Source: Alphaproteobacteria bacterium (GTDB lineage: Bacteria; Pseudomonadota; Alphaproteobacteria; UBA828). Taken from it: a stretch of DNA of 64,000 nucleotides. The stretch is from positions 96,001 through 160,000 of the forward strand of contig CAXXVO010000017.1 of the NCBI GenBank assembly GCA_963422645.2, in the 5' to 3' direction. The notes under the pieces were generated by a model, which was not told the DNA's origin, made no database searches, and worked only from the letters and a program-made list of their open reading frames with translations. This document shows, one piece after another, positions 23,725 to 32,936 of this stretch; position 1 is the stretch's first letter; every line of letters starts with the position of its first letter. A program made the translations under genes and the position numbers.

Positions 23725-24231
23725 ATGAAGAGCCCGCAAGGCGATGAGCCGGCCTTCCTCGAAGGCGGGCACAAGCATCAGAGTTGTATCGAGGGCGCGC
23801 TTGCCCGCGCCGATGAAGTGTGCCGCGAGCGCGGCGCCCGGCTCACTCCGCTGCGGCGCAGGGTCCTTGAGCTGGTCTGGGGCAGCCATCGGGCGATCAA
23901 GGCCTACGACCTGCTCGCCGCATTAAGTGATGGGGAGGGCGCGGCGAGGCCGCCGACGGTCTATCGCACCCTCGAGTTCCTGATGGCCCAGGGCCTGGTT
24001 CACCGCATCGACAGTCTCAACGCCTTCGTCGGCTGCCCTCAGCCCGACCGCCGCCACAGCGCCCAGTTTCTCATCTGCGGGGACTGCGGCGACGTGTCGG
24101 AGATGAATGCGGCCAGCATCGATCGCGCCGTCGCGGATCAGGCGGCCGGCTCCGGCTTCGCGCTCTCGCGCAAGATCATCGAATTGCACGGCAAGTGTCC
24201 GCGCTGCACGACGCTTCCGCAGACCCCCTGA
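23725..24231 (+). CDS. zur: zinc uptake regulator Zur
   Basis: RLTPLRRRVL, PPTVYRTLEFL, CGDC, CPRC; precedes znuCB. Confidence 0.92.
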   Translation: MKSPQGDEPAFLEGGHKHQSCIEGALARADEVCRERGARLTPLRRRVLELVWGSHRAIKAYDLLAALSDGEGAARPPTVYRTLEFLMAQGLVHRIDSLNAFVGCPQPDRRHSAQFLICGDCGDVSEMNAASIDRAVADQAAGSGFALSRKIIELHGKCPRCTTLPQTP

Positions 24232-25034
24232 CCCCCCGGCCGCACGCCGCCGCCGAGCCGCCGCTCGCTTCGGGCCGCGACCTGGTGGTGCGCTACGGCG
24301 GGCGCACCGTGCTGGACCGGGTCTCGATCGAGGTCCGCCGCCGCGAGGTGGTGAGCGTGATCGGACCCAACGGAGCCGGCAAAACGACCGCCGTGCGCGC
24401 GTTGCTCGGACTGATCAAGCCAAATGCGGGTGTCGTTGAGCGTGCGCCGGGCGTCGTGGTGGGCTACGTGCCCCAGCGCATCGCACCGGAATCACTTCTG
24501 CCGCTCACCGTGCGCCGCTTTCTGTCCATGGCGGGGCGTCGGGCCCGCGCCCATGCCGCCGCGGTGCTGGACGAGGTGGGCACCGGGGCGGTGATCGACC
24601 GTCAGCTCAGCGGGCTTTCCGGCGGCGAGTTCAGGCGCGTCCTGCTCGCCCGCGCGCTGCTGCGAGACCCCGACCTGCTGGTGCTCGACGAGCCGATCCA
24701 GCAGGTCGACTTCGCAGGCCAGCTGGCCATGCACCAATTGATCGGCCGCCTGCGGGATCGGCGCGGCTGCGGCGTGCTGATCGTCTCCCATGACCTGCAC
24801 CTCGTGTTGGGCGCGACCGACCGCGTGGTGTGCATCAACGGGCACGTCTGCTGCGCCGGCGAGCCGGAGGCGGTGAGCCGACACCCTGAGTACATTTCGC
24901 TGTTCGGCCCGCGTGCCGCAGCTGGGCTCGCGGTCTACACCCATGACCACGACCACAGTCACGGCCTGCCCGCCGCACTTTCGCCTGTCGATACCGACTC
25001 ACCCGAGGCGGGATCGACAGGCGAGCACAACTGA
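24195..25034 (+). CDS. znuC: Zn ABC transporter ATPase (start uncertain)
   Basis: GPNGAGKT, LSGGE, LDEP, HVCCAGEPEAV, His-rich tail. Confidence 0.92.
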   Translation: MSALHDASADPLTPRPHAAAEPPLASGRDLVVRYGGRTVLDRVSIEVRRREVVSVIGPNGAGKTTAVRALLGLIKPNAGVVERAPGVVVGYVPQRIAPESLLPLTVRRFLSMAGRRARAHAAAVLDEVGTGAVIDRQLSGLSGGEFRRVLLARALLRDPDLLVLDEPIQQVDFAGQLAMHQLIGRLRDRRGCGVLIVSHDLHLVLGATDRVVCINGHVCCAGEPEAVSRHPEYISLFGPRAAAGLAVYTHDHDHSHGLPAALSPVDTDSPEAGSTGEHN

Positions 25035-25041
25035 GCGCACG

Positions 25042-25875
25042 GTGTTCGACGACTTCTTCGCGCGCGCGCTCGCGGGCGGCATCGGCATCGCGCTCGCTAC
25101 GGGACCGCTCGGCTGCTTCATGGTGTGGCGGCGCATGGCCTATTTCGGCGATTCGGTGGCCCACAGCGCGCTGCTGGGCGTCTTGCTCGGCGTCGGCCTG
25201 GGTATCGACCTCAACGCCGGCATCGTCCTCATGTGCATCGCGCTTGCCCTGCTGCTGCTCCTGCTCCAGCAGCAGCAGCGGCTGGCCACCGACACGCTCC
25301 TCGGCATCCTCGCGCACGGCGGTCTGGCCCTCGGCCTCGTCGGGATCAGCTTCCTGGAAAACGTGCGCGTGGACCTGATGAGCCTCCTGTTCGGCGACAT
25401 CCTGGCCGTCAGCGGCAGCGACCTGATCTGGATCTACGGCGGCGCCGGCGCCGTGCTGGCGGCGACGGTGTTGATCTGGCGGCCGCTGCTGGCCGTTACA
25501 GTCCACGAGGAGCTGGCCCGGGCGGAAGGCGTGCGTGTCGGCCTCGTCCGCATCGCCTTCACCCTCTTGATCGCGCTGGCGGTCGCCGTTGCCATGAAGA
25601 TCATCGGCCTGATTCTGATCGTGGCGCTGCTGATCATCCCGGCGGCGACGGCGCGACGGCTCGCGCGCTCACCGGAGCAGATGGCGCTGCTCGCGAGCGC
25701 GACCGGGGCGGTGGCGGTGGCTGGCGGGCTGCACGGCTCCCTCGCCTGGGATACGCCGTCGGGCCCGTCGATCGTGGTCGCGGCGCTCGCGCTCTTCGCG
25801 CTCTGCCATGGCGGCGCCGCGCTGGCCTCGGTCTTCAGCGGACGGGTCGTTGATTCGGCGCGGGCGGAGCACTAG
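25042..25875 (+). CDS. znuB: Zn ABC transporter permease
   Basis: GPLGCFMVWRRMAYFGDSVAHSALLG, DTPSGPSIV; GTG start inferred. Confidence 0.93.
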   Translation: MFDDFFARALAGGIGIALATGPLGCFMVWRRMAYFGDSVAHSALLGVLLGVGLGIDLNAGIVLMCIALALLLLLLQQQQRLATDTLLGILAHGGLALGLVGISFLENVRVDLMSLLFGDILAVSGSDLIWIYGGAGAVLAATVLIWRPLLAVTVHEELARAEGVRVGLVRIAFTLLIALAVAVAMKIIGLILIVALLIIPAATARRLARSPEQMALLASATGAVAVAGGLHGSLAWDTPSGPSIVVAALALFALCHGGAALASVFSGRVVDSARAEH

Positions 25876-25904
25876 TTTCGCGCATTCGTGCAAGGAGACG
25901 GCAA

Positions 25905-26285
25905 ATGGCGGCCAGCGCCGACCTGGCCCAAGAGGTGATCGAGCGGCTGCGTTTCGGCGATGCCGGCCTCATTCCCGCGATCGCGCAGTCGCACGAGAGC
26001 CGCGCGGTCTTGATGCTCGCCTGGATGAACGCCGATGCGGTGCGTGAAACGCTGGAGACGGGCCGCGTCTGCTACTGGTCGCGCTCGCGCCAGAAGCTGT
26101 GGCGCAAGGGCGAAAGCTCGGGCCATACGCAGCGGCTGGTCGAGCTGCGTTTCGACTGCGACAGCGACGCCCTGCTTCTGTTGGTCGAGCAGACCGGCCC
26201 CGCCTGCCACACCAACCGCCCGGTCTGCTTTTACAACGCCGTGCAGGGCGACGAGATTCGCGTGATCGCCGAGCCCGTCGAGTAG
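25905..26285 (+). CDS. hisI: phosphoribosyl-AMP cyclohydrolase
   Basis: YWSRSRQKLWRKGESSGH, DCDSD, ACHT. Confidence 0.95.
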   Translation: MAASADLAQEVIERLRFGDAGLIPAIAQSHESRAVLMLAWMNADAVRETLETGRVCYWSRSRQKLWRKGESSGHTQRLVELRFDCDSDALLLLVEQTGPACHTNRPVCFYNAVQGDEIRVIAEPVE

Positions 26286-26286
26286 C

Positions 26287-27411
26287 TCAGAGCAGGCGGC
26301 CGGGGCCGAGCTGCGCGGCGGTGATGCCGCGCGTCGCGGCCGCTTCCGGCAGGGGATCGCCTGCGGCAAGTGCCGCCGTTATGGCGCCGAGCGCCGGCGC
26401 GGTCATGATGCCGGCGCCGCCCTGGCCCGCCAGCCAGAAGAAGCCCTCGGCGGCAAGGTCGAAGCCCGCCACCGGCATGCGGTCCGCGACAAAGCTCCTG
26501 AGGCCCGCCCACTTGTTGCGGATGTGGCGGATTTCCAGCGTCGTCGCCTGCATGATGCGATCTGCGCCGAAGGCGATGTCGAGCTCTTCCGCGTAGGCGT
26601 CGCAGGGGTCCGTCGGCGTCTCGTCGGCGGGCGAGCCCAGAACCCGGCCGGCGTCGGGCTTGAGATAGAAGGCGTCGTCGATGTCGTGGATCATCGGCCA
26701 ATCGCCCACGTTGTCGTCCGCCGGCCCGTCGAAGATGAAGGCCGTCCGGCGTTTCGGCTGAAGGCCGATCGGCGCGATACCGGCGCGCGCGGCGACAACG
26801 TCGCACCAGGCGCCGGCAGCGTTCACCACGACCGGCGCGGCGAAGGCGCCCGCCGGCGTCTCCGCGTGCCAGAGGTCGCCGGTGCGCGCGAGCGCGGTCA
26901 CCTCCGCCTCCGTCATCAGCGTGCCGCCGCGGGCGCGCAAGCCCCGAAGGTAGCCCTGGTGCAGGGCGGCCACGTCGATCTCCTCCGACACCGGTTCCAG
27001 GACCGCGCCGGCGACATAGTCCTCGCGCAGCGGCACCGGCTGGCTGAGGGTCTCCGCGGCATCGAGGCGCACCAGAGTCGGCACGAGGGAGCGGCACTCC
27101 TCGTAGAATCGGTCCAGCGCGTCGAGCTGATCGGTGCGGCCGATATAGAGCACCTGGTGCGGGCTGAGCAGCGGCATGTCTGCAAAGCCCGACGGCGGGT
27201 TGGCCAGGAAGGCCCGGCCTGCGGTGGCCAGCCCCCGCGTCAGCGGGCCGCCGTAGGTCTCCATGTACATGGCGGCGGAGCGCCCGGTGGAGTGATAGCC
27301 GGCCGTGTCCTCCTGCTCGAGAACAACGACGCGACCCCGCTCGGCAAGCCAATACGCCGCCGAGGCCCCCGCCATGCCGGCGCCGACCACCAGAAAGTCA
27401 CATCGTTCCAT
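26287..27411 (-). CDS. FAD-dependent oxidoreductase (DAO family)
   Basis: VVGAGMAG, HSTGRSAA, WAGLRSF, GQGGAGIMTAP. Confidence 0.9.
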   Translation of the reverse strand: MERCDFLVVGAGMAGASAAYWLAERGRVVVLEQEDTAGYHSTGRSAAMYMETYGGPLTRGLATAGRAFLANPPSGFADMPLLSPHQVLYIGRTDQLDALDRFYEECRSLVPTLVRLDAAETLSQPVPLREDYVAGAVLEPVSEEIDVAALHQGYLRGLRARGGTLMTEAEVTALARTGDLWHAETPAGAFAAPVVVNAAGAWCDVVAARAGIAPIGLQPKRRTAFIFDGPADDNVGDWPMIHDIDDAFYLKPDAGRVLGSPADETPTDPCDAYAEELDIAFGADRIMQATTLEIRHIRNKWAGLRSFVADRMPVAGFDLAAEGFFWLAGQGGAGIMTAPALGAITAALAAGDPLPEAAATRGITAAQLGPGRLL

Positions 27412-27543
27412 CGCGCCCATTCTATGCAGCGCGCCCTGCAGCCGAAATGGCCCATCACCACGTTTGCGGGTAGGGCATCGCCGCTCTCGGCAAGCCGCGT
27501 CGGGCTCGCTAATCTGGCGCCTGTTCAGCAGTGGGAGCGGATC

Positions 27544-28359
27544 ATGGAGATATCGTGCAAGGGCCGGCGTGCGGTGGTCACCGCCGGCGGCTCCGGCATC
27601 GGGCGCGTTATTGCGGAGACGCTGGCGGCCAACGGCGCCGCGGTCTTCACTTGCGACGTCCAGCCCGGCCTGGTCGAGGACGTGCAGGGCGGCGGGATCG
27701 GTGCGGTCGTGGCCGATGTCGGCGACCCGGCCCAGGTCGACCGGCTGTTCGAGGCTGCGGCGGACGCCATGGGCGGTGTCGACGTCCTGGTCAACAATGC
27801 AGGAATCGCCGGCCCCACGGCGCGGGTGGAGCAGATCGAGCCCGCCGACTGGGACCGCACGATCGCGGTCAACATCTCCGGCCAGTTCTATTGCGCCCGC
27901 CGCGCAGTCCCGCTGATGCGCGAGGCCGGCCGCGGCGCCATCGTGAATATCTCGTCCACCGCCGGCCGCCTCGGCTTCCCGCTCAGGCTCCCCTACGCCA
28001 CCTCCAAGTTCGCGATCACCGGCCTGACCAAGACGCTGGCGATCGAGCTCGGCCCCGCCAACATCAGCGTCAACGCCATCCTGCCGGGCTACATCCTCAA
28101 CGAGCGGGGCAGACGCGTGGTCCGTGCCAAGGCCGAGGCCGCGGGCCGCACGGTGGCAGAGACGGAGGCCGCGATCCTCGGCAACATCGCCATGCGCACC
28201 GGCATCGCCGAGCAGGAAATCGCGGACCTCGCGCTCTACCTCTGCTCCGACTCCGGCCGCCACATCTCGGGCCAGCTGCTCGGCGTCGACGGCGCCTTCG
28301 ACACTTACATGGGCATGGACAACCTCGACGACCCGGCGCCCGGCGCAGGCGACGCGTGA
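27544..28359 (+). CDS. SDR oxidoreductase
   Basis: TAGGSGIG, NNAG, YATSK. Confidence 0.92.
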   Translation: MEISCKGRRAVVTAGGSGIGRVIAETLAANGAAVFTCDVQPGLVEDVQGGGIGAVVADVGDPAQVDRLFEAAADAMGGVDVLVNNAGIAGPTARVEQIEPADWDRTIAVNISGQFYCARRAVPLMREAGRGAIVNISSTAGRLGFPLRLPYATSKFAITGLTKTLAIELGPANISVNAILPGYILNERGRRVVRAKAEAAGRTVAETEAAILGNIAMRTGIAEQEIADLALYLCSDSGRHISGQLLGVDGAFDTYMGMDNLDDPAPGAGDA

Positions 28360-29099
28360 TCGTCCTCTTCACCGATTTCGGGCCGGGCGGGCCCTACACG
28401 GGCCAGATGAAGGCCGCACTCGCGCGCGAGGCGCCGGGCATTCCCGTGATCGATCTCGCGGATGATCTGCCGGCCTGCAATCCGGAGCCTGCGGCCTATC
28501 TGCTCGCGGCCGTCGCGCCCGCGTTTCCGCCGGGTGCGGTCTTCGTCTGCGTGGTCGATCCGGGCGTCGGCAGCGACCGGGCGCCGGTCGCGCTCAGCGC
28601 CGATGCGCGCTGGTACGTGGGCCCCGACAACGGGCTGCTCGCCATCGCCGCACGCCGTGCAGACGATGCGCGCTGGTTTACCATCGACTGGCGGCCGGCA
28701 GCCCTCTCCGCCTCCTTTCACGGCCGCGATCTCTTCGCGCCGGTGGCGGCGCGGATCGCCCGCGGTGAGGATGTGCCGGGCACGCCGCTCGACGGCGCGG
28801 CTACGGTCGGCGCCGACTGGCCTGCCGACCGCGCCGCGATCGTCTATATCGACCCTTACGGCAACGCGATGACGGGGCTGCGCGCGGCCCATCTGCCGAC
28901 CGACACAACGATTGTTGCAGGCGCCCGGTGCTTCGCGCGGCTGCGCACGTTCTCCGATGCGGAGCCGGGCGCCGCCTTCTGGTACGAGAACGCGAACGGC
29001 TTGGCCGAAATCGCGGTAAACCGGGGCCGGGCGGACCGCGTGCTGGGGCTTCAAGTGGGAACGCCCGTCCGCATCGAGACGGCAGGTGGTGACGTATGA
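28356..29099 (+). CDS. DUF62 SAM hydroxide adenosyltransferase
   Basis: LFTDFG, VVDPGVGSDR, GPDNG, SFHGRDLFAP; GTGA overlap. Confidence 0.9.
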   Translation: MIVLFTDFGPGGPYTGQMKAALAREAPGIPVIDLADDLPACNPEPAAYLLAAVAPAFPPGAVFVCVVDPGVGSDRAPVALSADARWYVGPDNGLLAIAARRADDARWFTIDWRPAALSASFHGRDLFAPVAARIARGEDVPGTPLDGAATVGADWPADRAAIVYIDPYGNAMTGLRAAHLPTDTTIVAGARCFARLRTFSDAEPGAAFWYENANGLAEIAVNRGRADRVLGLQVGTPVRIETAGGDV

Positions 29100-29824
29100 T
29101 GGGCTGGCGACCGAACGGGGACCAGATTCGAGCCGGCAAGCTCGCCGGTGCCGACCTCACGCGCTTCGACCTGCAAGGCTTTCACTTTCGCCAGGCCGAT
29201 CTGCGCGGGGCGAGCTTTGCCGGCAGCATCCTTCGCGAGGTCGACCTGTGGGGTGCGGACCTTACAGACGCCGACCTCACGGGGGCGAACCTTCGGCTCG
29301 CGACCTTCAAAGGCGCAACCCTGATCGGCGCACGGCTCGCGGGCGCCGATCTCTGGAGCGCCGATCTCAGGGTCGCCGACCTCGGCCGCGCTGTGCTTTC
29401 CGAGTGCAACCTGGCTCAGGCCGAGCTCGCCGGCGCCAAGTGCCAGGCTGCCGACTTCAGCGGCGCCGAGCTCTACTGCGCCGACCTTCGTCTCGCCGAT
29501 CTGGAGGACGCCAATCTCGGCCGTGCCGACGGGCGCCTCGCCAAGCTGGAGGAAGCGGTGTTGATTGGCGCCAACCTGCGCGAGGCGAATTTTTCCGGGG
29601 CGAGCTTCAAGCGCGCGCGCCTAGCCACGGCCGACCTGGGCGGGGCCAACCTGCGCGAGGCGAATTTTCGCGAGGCCGACCTGATACGCGCCGACTTTCG
29701 CGGGGCCGAGGTGGCGGACGCCTTCTTCGGCCAGGCCAATCTCGACGGCACCGTAATGCCGGACGGCACCATCGAATCGGCGAGCCTCCGCCACTGGGCG
29801 CCGCGTGACGAAAGCGAGGAATAA
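29096..29824 (+). CDS. pentapeptide repeat protein
   Basis: tandem A(D/N)LxG-type repeats over about 200 aa; ATGA overlap. Confidence 0.9.
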   Translation: MMGWRPNGDQIRAGKLAGADLTRFDLQGFHFRQADLRGASFAGSILREVDLWGADLTDADLTGANLRLATFKGATLIGARLAGADLWSADLRVADLGRAVLSECNLAQAELAGAKCQAADFSGAELYCADLRLADLEDANLGRADGRLAKLEEAVLIGANLREANFSGASFKRARLATADLGGANLREANFREADLIRADFRGAEVADAFFGQANLDGTVMPDGTIESASLRHWAPRDESEE

Positions 29825-29836
29825 TAGGGGCTAGGC

Positions 29837-30475
29837 GTGTGCGCGTGGGAGGACAGTCATGGTCTGCGTGCGGACCCCGAAGCGATGGCCGCCGCTCTTG
29901 AGCGCGTCGCGCGCCAGGACGCCGCCGTGGTGCCGCTGCTCACGCAGGCGCAATGCCAAGAGCTCATCGACGCGGGCGCGGACCTCTCGTTCCGCTCCGC
30001 CAAGCCCGTCATCGGCGAGGGCGAGCGCGCGGTCTATCAGGATTTCGATATCTGCCTCTCGATCCCGCAGGCGCATCGGCTCTGGCAACTAACCCAGGCC
30101 GTCGAGGGGCTCATCGCTGCCGCGCTCGGCACCATGACCGAACCGCCGCTGGAGACGCTGCCGCTGAACGACCTGGTGCTGCAACGCTACCCGCCCGGTG
30201 CGCGCGGCATCACGCCGCATCGGGACCACGTGCGCTATGTCGGCCTGGTGGTAATCGTTCAGATGAGCGGAGACGGACGCTTCGGCCTCTGCGCCGACCG
30301 CAGCGGCACCGGCGCCCGCGTGCTCGACGCGGGACCGGGCGATGGAATCCTGATGCGTGCGCCCGGCTTCGGCGGCAGCAAGCACCGGCCCTTTCACTTC
30401 CTCGACGGGATCACGGCCGAGCGCTACAGCCTCGGCATCCGCAGCGACAAGACGACGGAACCAGAGGCCGGTTGA
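29837..30475 (+). CDS. 2OG-Fe(II) oxygenase-like protein
   Basis: GITPHRD...PFH...RYSLGIR (HxD..H..R). Confidence 0.65.
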   Translation: MCAWEDSHGLRADPEAMAAALERVARQDAAVVPLLTQAQCQELIDAGADLSFRSAKPVIGEGERAVYQDFDICLSIPQAHRLWQLTQAVEGLIAAALGTMTEPPLETLPLNDLVLQRYPPGARGITPHRDHVRYVGLVVIVQMSGDGRFGLCADRSGTGARVLDAGPGDGILMRAPGFGGSKHRPFHFLDGITAERYSLGIRSDKTTEPEAG

Positions 30476-30544
30476 ATACCCTCCGCCCGGCGGGCGGCAG
30501 GCGTGCCCGTGCTATAGTGAACGACTCGTCCCGCACCGTGGTCC

Positions 30545-32842
30545 ATGAGCGAACCATTCGATCCCGCGCCCGATCTGCCCGCCGCGCCTGACACGCCGCC
30601 GGCTAGTCCACCGGCGACTGCGTCGAGCTACCTCGACGACCTGAACCCGGAGCAGCGCCAGGCGGCGGAAGCGCTCGACGGCCCGCTGCTGGTGCTCGCG
30701 GGCGCCGGCACCGGCAAGACCCGGGTGCTGACCACGCGGCTCGCCCATATCCTCGCCACCGGCCGCGCCCGGCCGGGGCAGGTGCTCGCGGTCACCTTCA
30801 CCAACAAGGCGGCGCGCGAGATGATCGACCGGGTGGAGCGCCTGATGGGCCGCTCCGCCGCCGGCCTCTGGCTCGGCACCTTCCACGCCATCGCAGCGCG
30901 CATCCTGCGCCGCCATGCCGAGCTCGCCGGGCTCAAGCCGGACTTCACCATCCTCGATACCGACGACCAGATCCGCCTGCTCCGACAGCTCATCCAGGCG
31001 GCGGATATTGACGAGAAGCGCTGGCCGGCACGCACCCTCTCGATCATCATCCAGCGCTGGAAAGACCGCGGGCTCACGGTCGACAAGGTGGCGGGCGCCG
31101 ACGGCGCCGACTATGCCAACGGGCGTGCGCCGACGCTCTACGCGGCCTATCAGGAGCGGCTGCGGACCGTGAACGCCGTCGATTTCGGCGATCTGCTGCT
31201 GCACAACCTGACCCTCTTCACGGGCCACAAGGACGTGCTCGCCGACTACCAGCGGCGCTTCCGCTATCTGCTGGTGGACGAGTATCAGGACACCAACGTC
31301 GCCCAGTATCTCTGGCTCCGGCTGCTGGCGCAGGCCCATCACAGCATCTGCTGCGTCGGCGACGACGATCAGTCGATCTACGGCTGGCGCGGTGCAGAGG
31401 TCGGCAACATCCTCCGCTTCGAGCAGGATTTCCCCGGCGCTCAGGTGGTCAGGCTGGAGCGCAACTACCGCTCCACCGGGCACATCCTCGCCGCCGCCTC
31501 GGGCCTGATCGCCCACAATGCGGGCCGGCTCGGCAAGACGCTCTGGACCGAGGGTGAGGACGGCGAGAAGGTCCGCATCACCGATACCTGGGACGGCGAC
31601 GAGGAGGCGCGTAAGGTCGGTGAGGCCATCGAGGCGCTGCAGCGCGGAGGCGAGAGCCTCGACGACATCGCCATCCTGGTCCGCGCCGGCTTCCAGACCC
31701 GCGCCTTCGAGGAACGCTTCCTCGCCATCGGCCTGCCATTCCGCGTGATCGGGGGCCTGCGCTTCTACGAACGTCAGGAAATCCGGGACGCCGTGGCCTA
31801 CATCCGCGCCGTCGTGCGCCCGGACGACGACCTCGCCTTCGAGCGAATCGTGAACCTGCCCAAGCGGGGACTTGGCGAAGCCTCGCTCCGCCCGGTCCAC
31901 GAGCTCGCGCGCGCGGCCGGCGTCTCGTTATATTGGGCGACGGAGCGGTTGATCGAGACCGACGAGCTGAAGCCTCGCGCCCGCACCGCGCTTGCCGGGC
32001 TGATCGGCCGGCTTCGCGGCTGGCGTGCGGCCCTTGCCGAGACACCGCACGCCGAGGTCGTAGGCAGGATGCTCGACGAATCCGGCTACACTGAGATGTG
32101 GCAGAAGGACCGCTCGCCCGCCGCCCCCGGCCGGCTCGAGAACTTGCGGGAGCTGGTCGGCGCGCTCTCCGAATTCGAGGACCTCGCAGCCTTCCTCGAC
32201 CACGTGAGCCTGATCATGGACCGCGAAGGCGAGGCGGGCGAGGAGATGGTCAACATCATGACGCTCCACGGCGCCAAGGGCCTGGAGTTCGGCACCGTGT
32301 TCCTGCCCGGGTGGGAGGAAGGGCTGTTCCCGCACCAGCTCGCGCTCGACGAGTCCGGCCACGCCGGCCTGGAGGAGGAGCGGCGCCTGGCCTACGTCGG
32401 GCTCACCCGCGCCCGCCGCCGCGCCCACGTCCTCTTCGCGGCGAACCGGCACCGGCACGGACAGTGGGTGAGCGCGATCCCTTCGCGCTTCGTCGACGAG
32501 CTCGCGCCGGATCATGTGATGCCCGCCGAAGGCACGGGCATGCAAATGGCGCCCGGCGGGCTCTACCGCGGTCACGGAGGGGCCGGCCCCGCGCGGCGGC
32601 TGATGTCCGAGCACGCGGCCTTCCGCAGCCGGCGGACGCCATCGGTCATCGACGCAACGCCCATGCCAGCCGGGGGCGGGGCGGGGTCGGCGGGCTATAG
32701 GGCCGGCGATCGCGTCTTTCACCAGAAGTTCGGCTATGGGCGAATTCTGACGGTGGACGGCGACAAGCTGGAGATCGCCTTCGACAAGGCCGGCGCCAAA
32801 AAGATCATCGACCGCTTCGTTCAGCCCGCCGACAGCGTCTGA
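30545..32842 (+). CDS. uvrD: UvrD/PcrA DNA helicase
   Basis: AGAGTGKT, TFTNKAA, VDEYQD, TLHGAKGLEF, EEERRLAYV, C-terminal Tudor-like domain. Confidence 0.96.
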   Translation: MSEPFDPAPDLPAAPDTPPASPPATASSYLDDLNPEQRQAAEALDGPLLVLAGAGTGKTRVLTTRLAHILATGRARPGQVLAVTFTNKAAREMIDRVERLMGRSAAGLWLGTFHAIAARILRRHAELAGLKPDFTILDTDDQIRLLRQLIQAADIDEKRWPARTLSIIIQRWKDRGLTVDKVAGADGADYANGRAPTLYAAYQERLRTVNAVDFGDLLLHNLTLFTGHKDVLADYQRRFRYLLVDEYQDTNVAQYLWLRLLAQAHHSICCVGDDDQSIYGWRGAEVGNILRFEQDFPGAQVVRLERNYRSTGHILAAASGLIAHNAGRLGKTLWTEGEDGEKVRITDTWDGDEEARKVGEAIEALQRGGESLDDIAILVRAGFQTRAFEERFLAIGLPFRVIGGLRFYERQEIRDAVAYIRAVVRPDDDLAFERIVNLPKRGLGEASLRPVHELARAAGVSLYWATERLIETDELKPRARTALAGLIGRLRGWRAALAETPHAEVVGRMLDESGYTEMWQKDRSPAAPGRLENLRELVGALSEFEDLAAFLDHVSLIMDREGEAGEEMVNIMTLHGAKGLEFGTVFLPGWEEGLFPHQLALDESGHAGLEEERRLAYVGLTRARRRAHVLFAANRHRHGQWVSAIPSRFVDELAPDHVMPAEGTGMQMAPGGLYRGHGGAGPARRLMSEHAAFRSRRTPSVIDATPMPAGGGAGSAGYRAGDRVFHQKFGYGRILTVDGDKLEIAFDKAGAKKIIDRFVQPADSV

Positions 32843-32936
32843 AGGTTGTATCCGCCGGACTGACCGTGCAGGCGCTTGCCCGGCCCGTGAGCCCGCGCCA
32901 ATATCGCTGGCGCCACCACCGACCGGGATCCGCTCC

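Noticed and set aside
28356-29099. Possible SAM-dependent fluorinase or chlorinase
   Set aside because: It has the Asp/Arg/His (DPGVGSDR, FHGRD) signature of DUF62 hydrolases, not the halogenase variants
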